This document shows, piece by piece, positions 21,012-29,801 of a DNA stretch of 64,000 nt; the first letter of the stretch is position 1; each line of letters opens with the position of its first letter. Below the pieces are notes generated by a model. The model saw only the letters and a list, made by a program, of their open reading frames with translations, made no database searches and had not been told where the DNA came from. The position numbers and the translations under genes were made by a program. The DNA lies in the NCBI GenBank assembly GCA_051013385.1, contig CP143273.1:1536001-1600000 (forward strand). Direction: 5' to 3'. The DNA is from Phormidium sp. GTDB taxonomy: Bacteria; Cyanobacteriota; Cyanobacteriia; Cyanobacteriales; Aerosakkonemataceae.

Positions 21012-21094
21012 TTCTGCTGGTAAATTTGCTAACTTAGTCTTAACAGTTAGTTACTTTTTTTAGCATTCAGCTTAGCGCTAACTGCCCTAGTTCT

Positions 21095-21817
21095 ATGACA
21101 GCAATTTGCAACCCTCTGGGAAACCAGTTTTTAGATTCAGCCCAACTACTAGCGGCGCAAGATGTGGTAGGACTCAAAGAAGTCTTCCAAAGCATCAATG
21201 CCGAGAGTTGTCCACTGCAATTTAACTTTCATCTCCACACCAAATGTTCTGATGGGAAATTGGCACCCTGGCATTTAGTGGAACAAGCGATCGCTATTGG
21301 TTTGAAAGGATTTGCTATCACAGATCATCACAGTGTTAACGGTTTCTATCAAGCTATCAATTGGCTAGAAGAATGGAAGCGTTCTTACCCGGAAACGTCA
21401 GTGCCTCGTCTGTGGACTGGAATAGAAATTACCGCAAATCTTCTGGGAACTGAAGTTCATATTCTAGGTTATGCGTTTAACCCGCAACATCCGTCAATGT
21501 TGACTTATTTGCTAGGCGTGAGTCCTATGGATGAAGAAGCTAAAGCAGCTAATGCGATCGCAGCTATTCATCAGGCTGGTGGTTTGGCAATACTGGCACA
21601 CCCAGCAAGATATCGTCTGGCTGCAACTGCTTTAATTCCTGAAGCTGCGAATTTGGGTATTGATGGAGTAGAGACTTATTATGCTTACAACAATCCTAAT
21701 CCTTGGCGTACCAGTCCCGAACAAACTAAACAGGTACAACAGTTAAGCGCCACATACAATTTGTTGAATACTTGTGGCACTGATACTCATGGACTTAATT
21801 TACTTTTGCGGCTCTAA
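21095..21817 (+). CDS. PHP-domain metal-dependent phosphoesterase
   Basis: FHLHT.CSDG, AITDHH, GIEIT, HILGY, LAHPARY, GTDTHG. Confidence 0.9.
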   Translation: MTAICNPLGNQFLDSAQLLAAQDVVGLKEVFQSINAESCPLQFNFHLHTKCSDGKLAPWHLVEQAIAIGLKGFAITDHHSVNGFYQAINWLEEWKRSYPETSVPRLWTGIEITANLLGTEVHILGYAFNPQHPSMLTYLLGVSPMDEEAKAANAIAAIHQAGGLAILAHPARYRLAATALIPEAANLGIDGVETYYAYNNPNPWRTSPEQTKQVQQLSATYNLLNTCGTDTHGLNLLLRL

Positions 21818-22149
21818 AGGTGCAGGGGTGCAGGGGTGCAGGGGTGCAGTTTTGAGTTTTGAGTTTGTAGGGGCGGGTTTTGCCCAGATATTGTTTGTAA
21901 GGTACAAAGATTATGTACTAAACCCGCCCGTACAGAGTTTTGAGTTTTGAGTTTTGAGTTAAAGAGTCCCCTTGTCCCCTAGTCCCCCAGTCCCCTTGTC
22001 CCTTTGTCCCTTTGTCCCTTTGTCCCTTTGTCCCTTTGTCCCTTTGTCCCCTTGTCCCTTTGTCCCCTTGTCCCTTTGTCCCCTTGTCCCTTTGTCCCCT
22101 TGTCCCCTTGTCCCTAGTCCCCAGTCAAGAGTCCCTAGTCAAGAGTCCC
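21818..22149. repeat. STRR tracts (GGGGTGCA, TTTTGAG, CCTTTGTC) with an embedded GTAGGGGCGGG REP-like pair at 21867-21933
   Basis: Directly visible. GTAGGGGCGGGTTT...AAACCCGCCCGTAC interrupts the TTTTGAG run. Confidence 0.85.
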
Positions 22150-22163
22150 AAAAAAACCCAACT

Positions 22164-22856
22164 TCACTTAGTTAAACCATGTTCTAAGGCATAGCGGACT
22201 AGTTCGGTGCGGCTGTTAGTGCCTGTCTTGCTGAATAAGCGACTAACGTATTTTTCGACGTTGCGAACGCTGGTTTCTAAACGACGGGCAATCTCTTTGT
22301 TCATCAGCCCTTGTGCCACTAAGTCTAGGACACTTTGTTCTCTGGGGGTCAAATCAATTTTAATGTGGGTGTCAGATTGCGCGATCGCAGGTCTTTGTTT
22401 TAATAATTGTTGAATTTCTGCCAATTGTCGGGCAATATCTTCAATATCTGTACCTTCTGTGCCTTTTTCGCCCGATGCTTTACGTCCTAACAGATTTTCT
22501 ACAATTGCTACTAACTCATCAGGGTCAAAGGGTTTAGAAAGATAGGCATCACAACCTGCTTGATATCCTTGAATGCGATCTTTCGTCATTCCCCTAGCTG
22601 TGAGAAATACCACTGGTAATGATTTGAAACGGGGATCTTCCCGCATTTGCTTGAGAAACTGATACCCGTCTACTTGAGGCATCATAACGTCTGTAATCAC
22701 CAAGTCAGGAGGATTACTTTGCAGTTTTTCCCAACCTTCACTAGCGTTACTAGCAACATTAACGTTGAACTCACTGTCTTCTAGATAAGCTTGAACTGCT
22801 TCGCGTAATCCTGGTTCATCATCGACAAGTAAAAGTTGACCTGGCATCTGTACCAC
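22164..22856 (-). CDS. NarL/LuxR-family response regulator (Ycf29-like)
   Basis: Receiver LLVDDEPGL...PDLVITDVMMP...FLTA...YLSKPF plus LuxR HTH LTPREQSVLDLVAQGLMNKEIA. Confidence 0.92.
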   Translation of the reverse strand: MVQMPGQLLLVDDEPGLREAVQAYLEDSEFNVNVASNASEGWEKLQSNPPDLVITDVMMPQVDGYQFLKQMREDPRFKSLPVVFLTARGMTKDRIQGYQAGCDAYLSKPFDPDELVAIVENLLGRKASGEKGTEGTDIEDIARQLAEIQQLLKQRPAIAQSDTHIKIDLTPREQSVLDLVAQGLMNKEIARRLETSVRNVEKYVSRLFSKTGTNSRTELVRYALEHGLTK

Positions 22857-22960
22857 CTTATCACATTGAGAATTATTTACTATATTTTAAATGTAACGAA
22901 ATTTATTTAGGGGAAAGAGCAAGGTTGTAATTTTCCCTTTTCTCAAGTTTTGCCAAAATT

Positions 22961-23911
22961 TTATTCCATTCTTTCAATCATTTTTGCTGTTTCGGGAAGT
23001 TGTGCTGACTGCTGTCCTGAAAATCTTGCACCTTTGCTTACTAAGCCTAAAGGAGTATTTAGTAAGTCTATAAAATTAGCTTTGCCGAAAATCGCTTTCA
23101 TACTGGTAATTGGGACTTCTTTTACTATCCATCTACCCAAAGTATAAATATATTCTTTTCGGGCTACATTTGCCATTAAATTAATGCCATAAAGTTCATG
23201 TAAATAGCGGTTTGATTTGCCGTATCTGCGCCATTGGCTTTGAAATTCTGTTAATGTTGACCGATGACGATGTTGCACGATCGCATTAGGCGCAAACTGA
23301 ATTTTCCACTCGGTTTCTCGTTGAATTCGCCAACAAATATCGGCATCTCCGCCAGTAGTTAAGTAGGGACGAAATAACCCTATTTTAGCAAATATTTCTT
23401 TTCTAATTGCTAAATTAGCGGTTTGTCCGTAAGGGCAAAATGAATGTTGTAAGGTATATTTTTGCGATAATACATCCTGCTTTTGGGCATATTTTTCTAA
23501 TATTGTTTTTCCAGGTAATCCGATAATTTCCCCGGCAACAATGCCAATATTGCTATCTTGAAATGGTATAATTAATTCAGTTAACCATTGGGGTTGAGGA
23601 CGACAATCAGCGTCGGTAAAGGCGATAATTTCACTCTTGGCGGCGCGAATACCTGCGTTGCGTGCGGCGTAGGAACTTTGAATTTTGGTTTCGGCTAAGT
23701 AGTGAATTTGGGGAAAGTTTTGGGCGGCGTTTTGGATGATGGTGGAAGTGCGATCGCTACTAGCATTATCGACTAAAAAATATTCTACTTGTTCAATGGG
23801 ATAACTTTGTAATTTTAAGCAATTAATTAAATCCGGCAAATCATTTTCCCCGTTATAAATTGGGACAACTACCGAAACTTTTGGTAATATAGCTTTCTCT
23901 TGGTCGCTCAT
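22961..23911 (-). CDS. Glycosyltransferase family 2
   Basis: VSVVVPIYN, VDNASSD, ARNAG, FTDADC, GGDADICWR, QWRRYG. Confidence 0.9.
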   Translation of the reverse strand: MSDQEKAILPKVSVVVPIYNGENDLPDLINCLKLQSYPIEQVEYFLVDNASSDRTSTIIQNAAQNFPQIHYLAETKIQSSYAARNAGIRAAKSEIIAFTDADCRPQPQWLTELIIPFQDSNIGIVAGEIIGLPGKTILEKYAQKQDVLSQKYTLQHSFCPYGQTANLAIRKEIFAKIGLFRPYLTTGGDADICWRIQRETEWKIQFAPNAIVQHRHRSTLTEFQSQWRRYGKSNRYLHELYGINLMANVARKEYIYTLGRWIVKEVPITSMKAIFGKANFIDLLNTPLGLVSKGARFSGQQSAQLPETAKMIERME

Positions 23912-23914
23912 TTT

Positions 23915-24063
23915 TGGGATTGGGGATTGGGGATTGGGGATTAGGGACTGGGAAATGGGTATATGAGGAGATAGGGAAAAAACTCAAAACTCAAAACTCA
24001 AAACTCAAAACTCAAAACTCAAAACTCTCTTCCCAGTCCCCAGTCCCCAGTCCCCAATCCCCA
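23915..24063. repeat. STRR tracts (GGGGATT, AAAACTC, CCCCAGT)
   Basis: Directly visible heptamer tandems. Confidence 0.9.
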
Positions 24064-24071
24064 CTCACATA

Positions 24072-25184
24072 TTAACGAATCAACAAACAGAGGAGATATA
24101 AAATCCCATTGATAGTGTAAAAAGTGGCAACGACTTGCAGTTCTGTCCATCCAGAAAGTTCTAAATGGTGATGTAATGGTGCCATTTTAAACAGTCGTTT
24201 TCCTACTCCATCGGGTCCTTTTGTCGCTTTGTAATAACCGACTTGTGCCATTACGGAAAGGGTTTCGATAAAGAAGATGCCACTGAGGATAAATAAACTC
24301 CAGAGTGTGTTACTTAATAAGGCAACGGATGCTAAAGCGCCGCCTAATGCCAAAGAACCAGTATCACCCATGAATACTTTTGCTGGGTTACGATTATGGG
24401 CTAAAAATCCTAAACAGCTGCCACTTAAACAGGCGCAAAATATCATTAATCCGGGATGAGTTGGGGCGACTAAGGTGGCTAATCCTAAAAATGCGATCGC
24501 GCAAAGTCCACCTGCTAACCCATCTACACCATCAGTTAAATTTGTCGCGTTACTTTCTGCTACTAATACAAAAACTGCCAAAGGCCAAAACAATAAACCC
24601 AAAGGTAATGCTAAACCAAAAGGTAAATTGATCGTGGTAATATTTACTGGTTGCTGCCAAAGTAACCAGAGACAAAATAACAAGGCAAAACCAACTTGCA
24701 AAGCTAATTTCATTTTCGGGGAAATGCCTTTGTTGGATTTGCGGCGTAAAATTTGCCAATCATCTAACCAACCAATAAAACCATAACCGAGAGTTAAAAA
24801 AGCAACCGATGCTACTGTTGGAAAGTCTTTTATTCCTAAACTCAAAGCTGACCAAACTAGGGAGATAATCACACCGACGGGGATAAAAAATATTCCTCCC
24901 ATTGTGGGAGTGCCACCTTTTTTTAAATGACTTTGTGGGCCATCTTCCCGAATTACTTGTCCAGCTTTTAGCGAAGTCAATAGTGGTACTATCCAGTAGC
25001 CTAACCCAGCTGTTGCTATGGCGCAAACCCAAAACGGCAGTGTCAAGGTAACTCCGGGGTTGAAAAATCTACCTGTTTTCCCATCCAGAAAAATTGCAAC
25101 TACACTCAATACAATTGCTAGGATTACAGACAGATTCACCCCTGATAACTTGAGTGACCTGCTATCTAGTGATTTAGCATCCAC
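24072..25184 (-). CDS. mraY: Phospho-N-acetylmuramoyl-pentapeptide transferase
   Basis: IREDGPQSHLKKGGTPTMGG, GWLDDW, NATNLTDGVDGL, VFMGDTGSLALG, FKMAPLHHHLELSGW. Confidence 0.97.
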   Translation of the reverse strand: MDAKSLDSRSLKLSGVNLSVILAIVLSVVAIFLDGKTGRFFNPGVTLTLPFWVCAIATAGLGYWIVPLLTSLKAGQVIREDGPQSHLKKGGTPTMGGIFFIPVGVIISLVWSALSLGIKDFPTVASVAFLTLGYGFIGWLDDWQILRRKSNKGISPKMKLALQVGFALLFCLWLLWQQPVNITTINLPFGLALPLGLLFWPLAVFVLVAESNATNLTDGVDGLAGGLCAIAFLGLATLVAPTHPGLMIFCACLSGSCLGFLAHNRNPAKVFMGDTGSLALGGALASVALLSNTLWSLFILSGIFFIETLSVMAQVGYYKATKGPDGVGKRLFKMAPLHHHLELSGWTELQVVATFYTINGILYLLCLLIR

Positions 25185-25352
25185 GAAAATACTTCACTCC
25201 ACACTACAAATTGATTTTGGTCATTGGAAAGGGCAGAGGCAGGGGAGATGGGTTCGGTCAGAGGAGGTAGGGAGATGGGGATAATTAAATTTCACCTTTA
25301 CCCTTTACCCTTTACCCTTTAACCTTTAACCTTTCTTCTCCCTTGTTAAAGA

Positions 25353-25601
25353 TTAAATTTCTTCGTCTAATTCTCCGATCTCATCATCATCGAAGTCGTC
25401 GTCGTATCCTACATCATCAACACCTACCAGACCATCGATGTCTTCGGCTTCTTCGGAATAGTCTTGGGTGGAAACTTCATCTCTTGCTAAGAGACGACCT
25501 GTAGATTCTAACCAATCAAGAATGGAAGTTTCATGTTTGGTTGGGATTACAGCTGCGGGTTGATCTATTGGATCTTCGCGCAAGGAAGGATTATATATCA
25601 T
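25353..25601 (-). CDS. DUF3134-family small acidic protein
   Basis: MIYNPSLREDP.DQPAAVIP...SILDWLESTGRL followed by an acidic tail. Start reset to the ATG at 25601. Confidence 0.8.
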   Translation of the reverse strand: MIYNPSLREDPIDQPAAVIPTKHETSILDWLESTGRLLARDEVSTQDYSEEAEDIDGLVGVDDVGYDDDFDDDEIGELDEEI

Positions 25602-25721
25602 AATGAGCGTTAAGCGTTGTGTTATTTCAATATCAGACAATAAGAGTTTAGCAATTATCGGCCTATTCGAGTCTATTTTTAAAAGTATGCTGGTGGTAAT
25701 TAGATCAAAAGAGGTGTAAAC

Positions 25722-26306
25722 ATGATTGGCAAGATGGAACTGCTAGAAGCGATCGCAGGTAAAAATCGTGGTTTACTAGCGAAGGAAACTGATAAGCTAG
25801 CAATCATGGCTTTAGTTGCCCAATTGGAAGACCGCAACCCCACTCCCAAACCAACGGAAGCTACAGATTTACTCGAAGGAAATTGGCGATTACTTTATAC
25901 TACCAGCCGGGAACTTTTAGGTATTGATAATCTACCCTTGTTTAACCTGGGGCAAATTTACCAATGTGTTCGCGCTAAAGATACTAAAATCTACAACATT
26001 GCCGAAGTTGCAGGCGTACCGTTTTTGGAAAGTATTATCAGTGTGACTGCGACTTTTATTCCGGTTTCTGAACGGCGAGTAAATGTCAGGTTCGATCGGG
26101 CGATCACTGGTTTACAACGGTTGTTCGATTATCAAAATCCAGATAATTTTATTCAGCAAATCGAATCGGGGAAAAAGTTTTTGGGAATTGATTTTGCTAT
26201 TACTAACCGCGAACAAAAAGGTTGGCTGGACATTACCTACTTAGATGATGATATGCGAATCGGCAGAGGTAATGAAGGCAGCGTGTTTGTGTTAACTAAA
26301 TCCTAA
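25722..26306 (+). CDS. PAP/fibrillin-family protein
   Basis: LEDRNPTP.P...LLEGNWRLLYTT...WLDITYLDDDMRIGRGNEGSVFVL. Confidence 0.92.
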   Translation: MIGKMELLEAIAGKNRGLLAKETDKLAIMALVAQLEDRNPTPKPTEATDLLEGNWRLLYTTSRELLGIDNLPLFNLGQIYQCVRAKDTKIYNIAEVAGVPFLESIISVTATFIPVSERRVNVRFDRAITGLQRLFDYQNPDNFIQQIESGKKFLGIDFAITNREQKGWLDITYLDDDMRIGRGNEGSVFVLTKS

Positions 26307-26316
26307 ACTTTGAAAT

Positions 26317-27132
26317 TTGGAATTGCTTATGCGCTTATCCCAAAGACACTTAAATATACTTTCAAGTTGTCCAAGAAAGTTTCAACATACTTTTTTGGAT
26401 CAGTTTGGTTCTGTGACTACTCCCGAACAGCAAGAAAAGCTGAGTTGGGGGAGTCATTTTCACTTGTTGATGCAACAGCGGGAATTAGGATTGCCGATCG
26501 AGTCTTTCTTGCAAGAAGATACTAAAATGCAGGATTCTGTAGTTGCTTTAGTGAGTGCAGCACCAGAAATTTTAACTCCTAATCCCAATAGTGGGAATTT
26601 CCGGGACAGCGAACATTTTCGCAGTTTCAATTTCCAAGGTTACTTGCTGACAGTGGCTTATGATTTGTTAATTGCATCTGAGAAAAAAGCTCAAATTTTA
26701 GATTGGAAAACTTATCCCGAACCGAAAAAACGACAATTTTTAGAACAAGATTGGCAAACTCGTTTATATATGTTTGTTTTGGCCCAAACGAGTGATTATA
26801 AACCAGAAGAAATCTCGATGACTTATTGGTTTGTCCAATCTAAACCGGAACCAAAAAGTTTAAAGTTTGCTTACAATACAGAGAAACATGAACAAACAAA
26901 ACAGGATTTAATCGGGTTATTTAATCAATTAAATTATTGGTTGGAAAGGTATAAAATGGGAGAAGAGTTTCCCCAAATTGCCGAAAATTCTAGGGATTGT
27001 AATTTTTGTCAGTTTGGCGTGAGATGTGAAAGGAGTTTAGAAAATCAAGAAGCGGCAATAAATCAAGAGAAAATTCTTAGTTGGGCTAATATTGAAGAAG
27101 TTCCGCTGGATTTTGTTGCTGTAGAGATGTAA
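26317..27132 (+). CDS. PD-(D/E)XK nuclease, Cas4/AddB-like, with a 4-Cys Fe-S motif
   Basis: CPRK near the N-terminus, YDLL...ILDWKT, QTRLY, and CNFCQFGVRC. Confidence 0.85.
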   Translation: MELLMRLSQRHLNILSSCPRKFQHTFLDQFGSVTTPEQQEKLSWGSHFHLLMQQRELGLPIESFLQEDTKMQDSVVALVSAAPEILTPNPNSGNFRDSEHFRSFNFQGYLLTVAYDLLIASEKKAQILDWKTYPEPKKRQFLEQDWQTRLYMFVLAQTSDYKPEEISMTYWFVQSKPEPKSLKFAYNTEKHEQTKQDLIGLFNQLNYWLERYKMGEEFPQIAENSRDCNFCQFGVRCERSLENQEAAINQEKILSWANIEEVPLDFVAVEM

Positions 27133-27163
27133 GTTGACATTTGCAGGTTGGCTATTTAAACTA

Positions 27164-27688
27164 TTAAATCACAAAAGGCAGCCAGTCCTGTGTTAGTAGC
27201 GCATCAGTATAAGATTTTTTGCCTAAATTCTGTTTCGTTATCCACTCTTGAATGCTATATGGATGAGTGATTTTCGATCGCACTATCAGGTTCCAGATCT
27301 GAGAAACTAAATTGTCAAGGTCAATTGGTTTTAGTAAATATGCCTCAAAATCTGCCTTCAGATATTCGGTAACAGTCCTTGTGGGATAGGTTGAAGTAAT
27401 AAGAAGGGGAATAGAGATATTATTGGTTACTGCCATCTGCTGCAATTTTTGAATTAATAGATCAATACTCTCTCCCAGGAATACCATTTCAGTAATCAAA
27501 ACATCCGGGAGTAGCCAATCAAGAAACTTTAATGCTTCTTTAATTGAGCCAGTAGCTGTCACTTTTGCACCCAATTCTTCGAGTAAAAAAGTATACATAT
27601 TTCTGGTATCGAGATCGTTCTCCACAATTAGGATTTGCACATCTTTGAGGATCTCAAGTTTGGCAGAATTGCTTTTAATCATGTTCAT
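27164..27688 (-). CDS. Single-domain response regulator (atypical receiver)
   Basis: ILIVENDLD...PDVLITEM...YLLKPID. The expected phospho-acceptor Asp reads as Glu. Confidence 0.8.
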   Translation of the reverse strand: MNMIKSNSAKLEILKDVQILIVENDLDTRNMYTFLLEELGAKVTATGSIKEALKFLDWLLPDVLITEMVFLGESIDLLIQKLQQMAVTNNISIPLLITSTYPTRTVTEYLKADFEAYLLKPIDLDNLVSQIWNLIVRSKITHPYSIQEWITKQNLGKKSYTDALLTQDWLPFVI

Positions 27689-27933
27689 ATCGAGAACCTC
27701 CTTGAGAATATCGAGTGCAAAGTGAAACGGGTAAATTTAGCTGATCCAACGAACTGATCCCACCGGGCAAGTCAACAGATAGTACCAGAGGAATACAAAC
27801 CAAGGATAAGCGAGAAGTTAAACTATGACTAATATGACAAATGAATGTTTGATCTCTCGATTGATTTGATGAACTACGATACGAAATTTATTAGAGACTC
27901 AACTATTGATTCAGAGGCACTTGGGGCTAGAAA

Positions 27934-28054
27934 CAGAGATCTTGCACCATTCTCAACAAGACTTCAAAAACCGGGTTTCTTTACGAAAAATTTATGATTT
28001 CAGGTTTAGTTATTTGCAAGAAACCCGGTTTTTAGCCTTGGTGCAAGATCTGAG
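27934..28054. mobile_element. 121-bp MITE, AGATCTTGCACCA family (copy A)
   Basis: CAGAGATCTTGCACCA...TGGTGCAAGATCTGAG, flanked by AGAAA on both sides. Near-identical to 56191-56311 and 57894-58014. Confidence 0.85.
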
Positions 28055-28173
28055 AGAAACAGAGAATAGCAAATTTTTAAGGCTTCCTCGTTGCTCAATA
28101 ATGACAGGCTAGTGTTTGATTTCGTGATTGATTTGATTAAGTTCGCCAAAGATTCACGGAAACTTCTTTTTGT

Positions 28174-28336
28174 TAAGTAAGTGCAAATAAATAAAGTGAT
28201 AATAGTTATATTGATGGGGCGGGCAGGATGCCCACCCCACAAGAGATACAGCTTTCTTGTGGGGTGGGCATCCTGCCTGCCCACCCCACAAGAGATACAG
28301 CTTTCTTGTGGGGTGGGCATCCTGCCCGCCTTTTTT
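28174..28336. mobile_element. One-ended MITE remnant with GTGGGGTGGGCATCCTGCC hairpins
   Basis: Left end TAAGTAAGTGCAAATAAATAAAGTGATAATAGTTAT matches the reverse complement of the right end of the full element at 61597-61758. The second end is absent. Confidence 0.65.
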
Positions 28337-28340
28337 TTAC

Positions 28341-29795
28341 CTAAAATGTCGGATGAATGCCCCCGTTACAGCGCAGCTTAACGGGGGATGAAATCCGACC
28401 AGCTAACTCAGAAGCGTAGCAACGATTTAATTCTACCATTCATGGGTAAAGCGTGTTAAACTAAGGCTAATCCAAGGTCGAGGACAAGTAGATGTTAGTT
28501 GTAGAAGCCAAGCTAAAAAACGGCACTCCAGAACAATACCAAAAGCTAGAAGAAGCCATCAGAACGGCGCAGTTCGTAAGAAACAAATGCGTGAAATATT
28601 GGATGGAGAACAAAGGAACCACAAGGAATGACCTACAGAAACTTTGTGCCGTTTTAGCCTCATATTCTACAACCCCTTGGGTAAACAAATTAAATTCACA
28701 AGCACGACAATCAAGTGCAGACCGAGCATGGAATTCCATTGCTCGGTTTTATGCTAACTGTCGGGATTCGTCAATTAAAAAGAAAGGCTTTCCTAAGTTC
28801 AAGAAGTTTAGTAGATCGGTAGAATATAAAACCACTGGCTACAAACTTTCTGATGATAGGAAACAAATCACCTTCACTGATGGATTCAAGGCAGGAACAT
28901 TTGACTTGTGGTGTTCGCAGAAAACCATCGTCTACTATTCAGAACAGCAAATTAAGCGGTTAAGAGTAGTAAGACGTGCTGATGGCTATTACTGTCAATT
29001 TGTGATTGACCATGAGCGGGAAGAGAAACACGAGTTCACTGGCTCTGTGGTGGGAATTGATTTAGGACTTAAGGAGTTTTATACCGATTCCAATGGCAAC
29101 ACAGTAGAAAATCCTCGCTTTTCCCGTAAAACAGAAAAACGCTTGAGAAAAGCCCAACGTAGGCTATCTAAGCGTTATAAAAGAGGTCAAAAACAATCAG
29201 CTAATTATCACAAGCAACGGCAAAAAGTTGCCTTATTACACTTAAAAGTTTCTCGACAACGTAAAGACAGAAGCATTAAAGACGCTCTGGCGTTAGTCCA
29301 ATCTAATGATTTGGTAGTCTATGAAGCTTTGAAAGTGTCTAATTTGGTGAAAAATCACAAGCTAGCGAAAAGCATCAGCGATGCTTCTTGGTATCAGTTC
29401 ATCCAATGGGTAAATTATTTCGCCAAGATTCATAAGATAACTTGCATCGCTGTACCACCACAATTCACGACGATTGATTGTTCAGTTTGTGGGGCAAAGG
29501 TTTATAAGACTTTGAGTACTAGAACTCATCAATGCCCCTACTGTAAAACAGTTTTAGATCGGGATTGGAACGCAGCAATTAATATTTTGAAAAAAGGGTT
29601 GAAATACTTAGGGGAATACCTTAACGGTACTGTTGGGCAAACAGGAACCGACCTAAACGACTGGGGAGAATCCGACCTATGGGTCTTCAATAGAGATATT
29701 GAGGATTTAAGTCGTTTCGTTGAACCAGTAATCCCAAGAAGTGATTCTGGGAGAATCCCCCGTCACAGCGAAGCTTGACGGTGGGAGTATGTCAA
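28341..29795 (+). mobile_element. Non-autonomous tnpB-only IS200/IS605-family element (IS1341-like architecture, IS608-like ends)
   Basis: TTAC at 28337-28340, AATG at +16..+19, left hairpin 28360-28387, GAAT at 29753 before the right hairpin 29757-29786, and terminal TCAA at 29792-29795. No tnpA. Confidence 0.85.
28492..29778 (+). CDS. tnpB: TnpB RNA-guided endonuclease, apparently intact
   Basis: RuvC-I GIDLGL, RuvC-II VVYEAL, zinc finger CSVC/CPYC, RuvC-III DRDWNAAINI. Confidence 0.95.
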   Translation: MLVVEAKLKNGTPEQYQKLEEAIRTAQFVRNKCVKYWMENKGTTRNDLQKLCAVLASYSTTPWVNKLNSQARQSSADRAWNSIARFYANCRDSSIKKKGFPKFKKFSRSVEYKTTGYKLSDDRKQITFTDGFKAGTFDLWCSQKTIVYYSEQQIKRLRVVRRADGYYCQFVIDHEREEKHEFTGSVVGIDLGLKEFYTDSNGNTVENPRFSRKTEKRLRKAQRRLSKRYKRGQKQSANYHKQRQKVALLHLKVSRQRKDRSIKDALALVQSNDLVVYEALKVSNLVKNHKLAKSISDASWYQFIQWVNYFAKIHKITCIAVPPQFTTIDCSVCGAKVYKTLSTRTHQCPYCKTVLDRDWNAAINILKKGLKYLGEYLNGTVGQTGTDLNDWGESDLWVFNRDIEDLSRFVEPVIPRSDSGRIPRHSEA

Positions 29796-29801
29796 TCCCA
29801 T

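Noticed and set aside
20818..22194. Pro/Cys-rich ORFs 20818-21063, 21972-22175 and 22012-22194
   Set aside because: These are translations of STRR tandem repeats.
26317..27132. cas4 as part of a CRISPR-Cas locus with the array at 57679
   Set aside because: It is 30 kb from the array and has no other cas genes nearby.
27906..28381. Short ORFs over the MITE region, and similar ones at 61502-61860
   Set aside because: They derive from repeat elements and have no coding signal.
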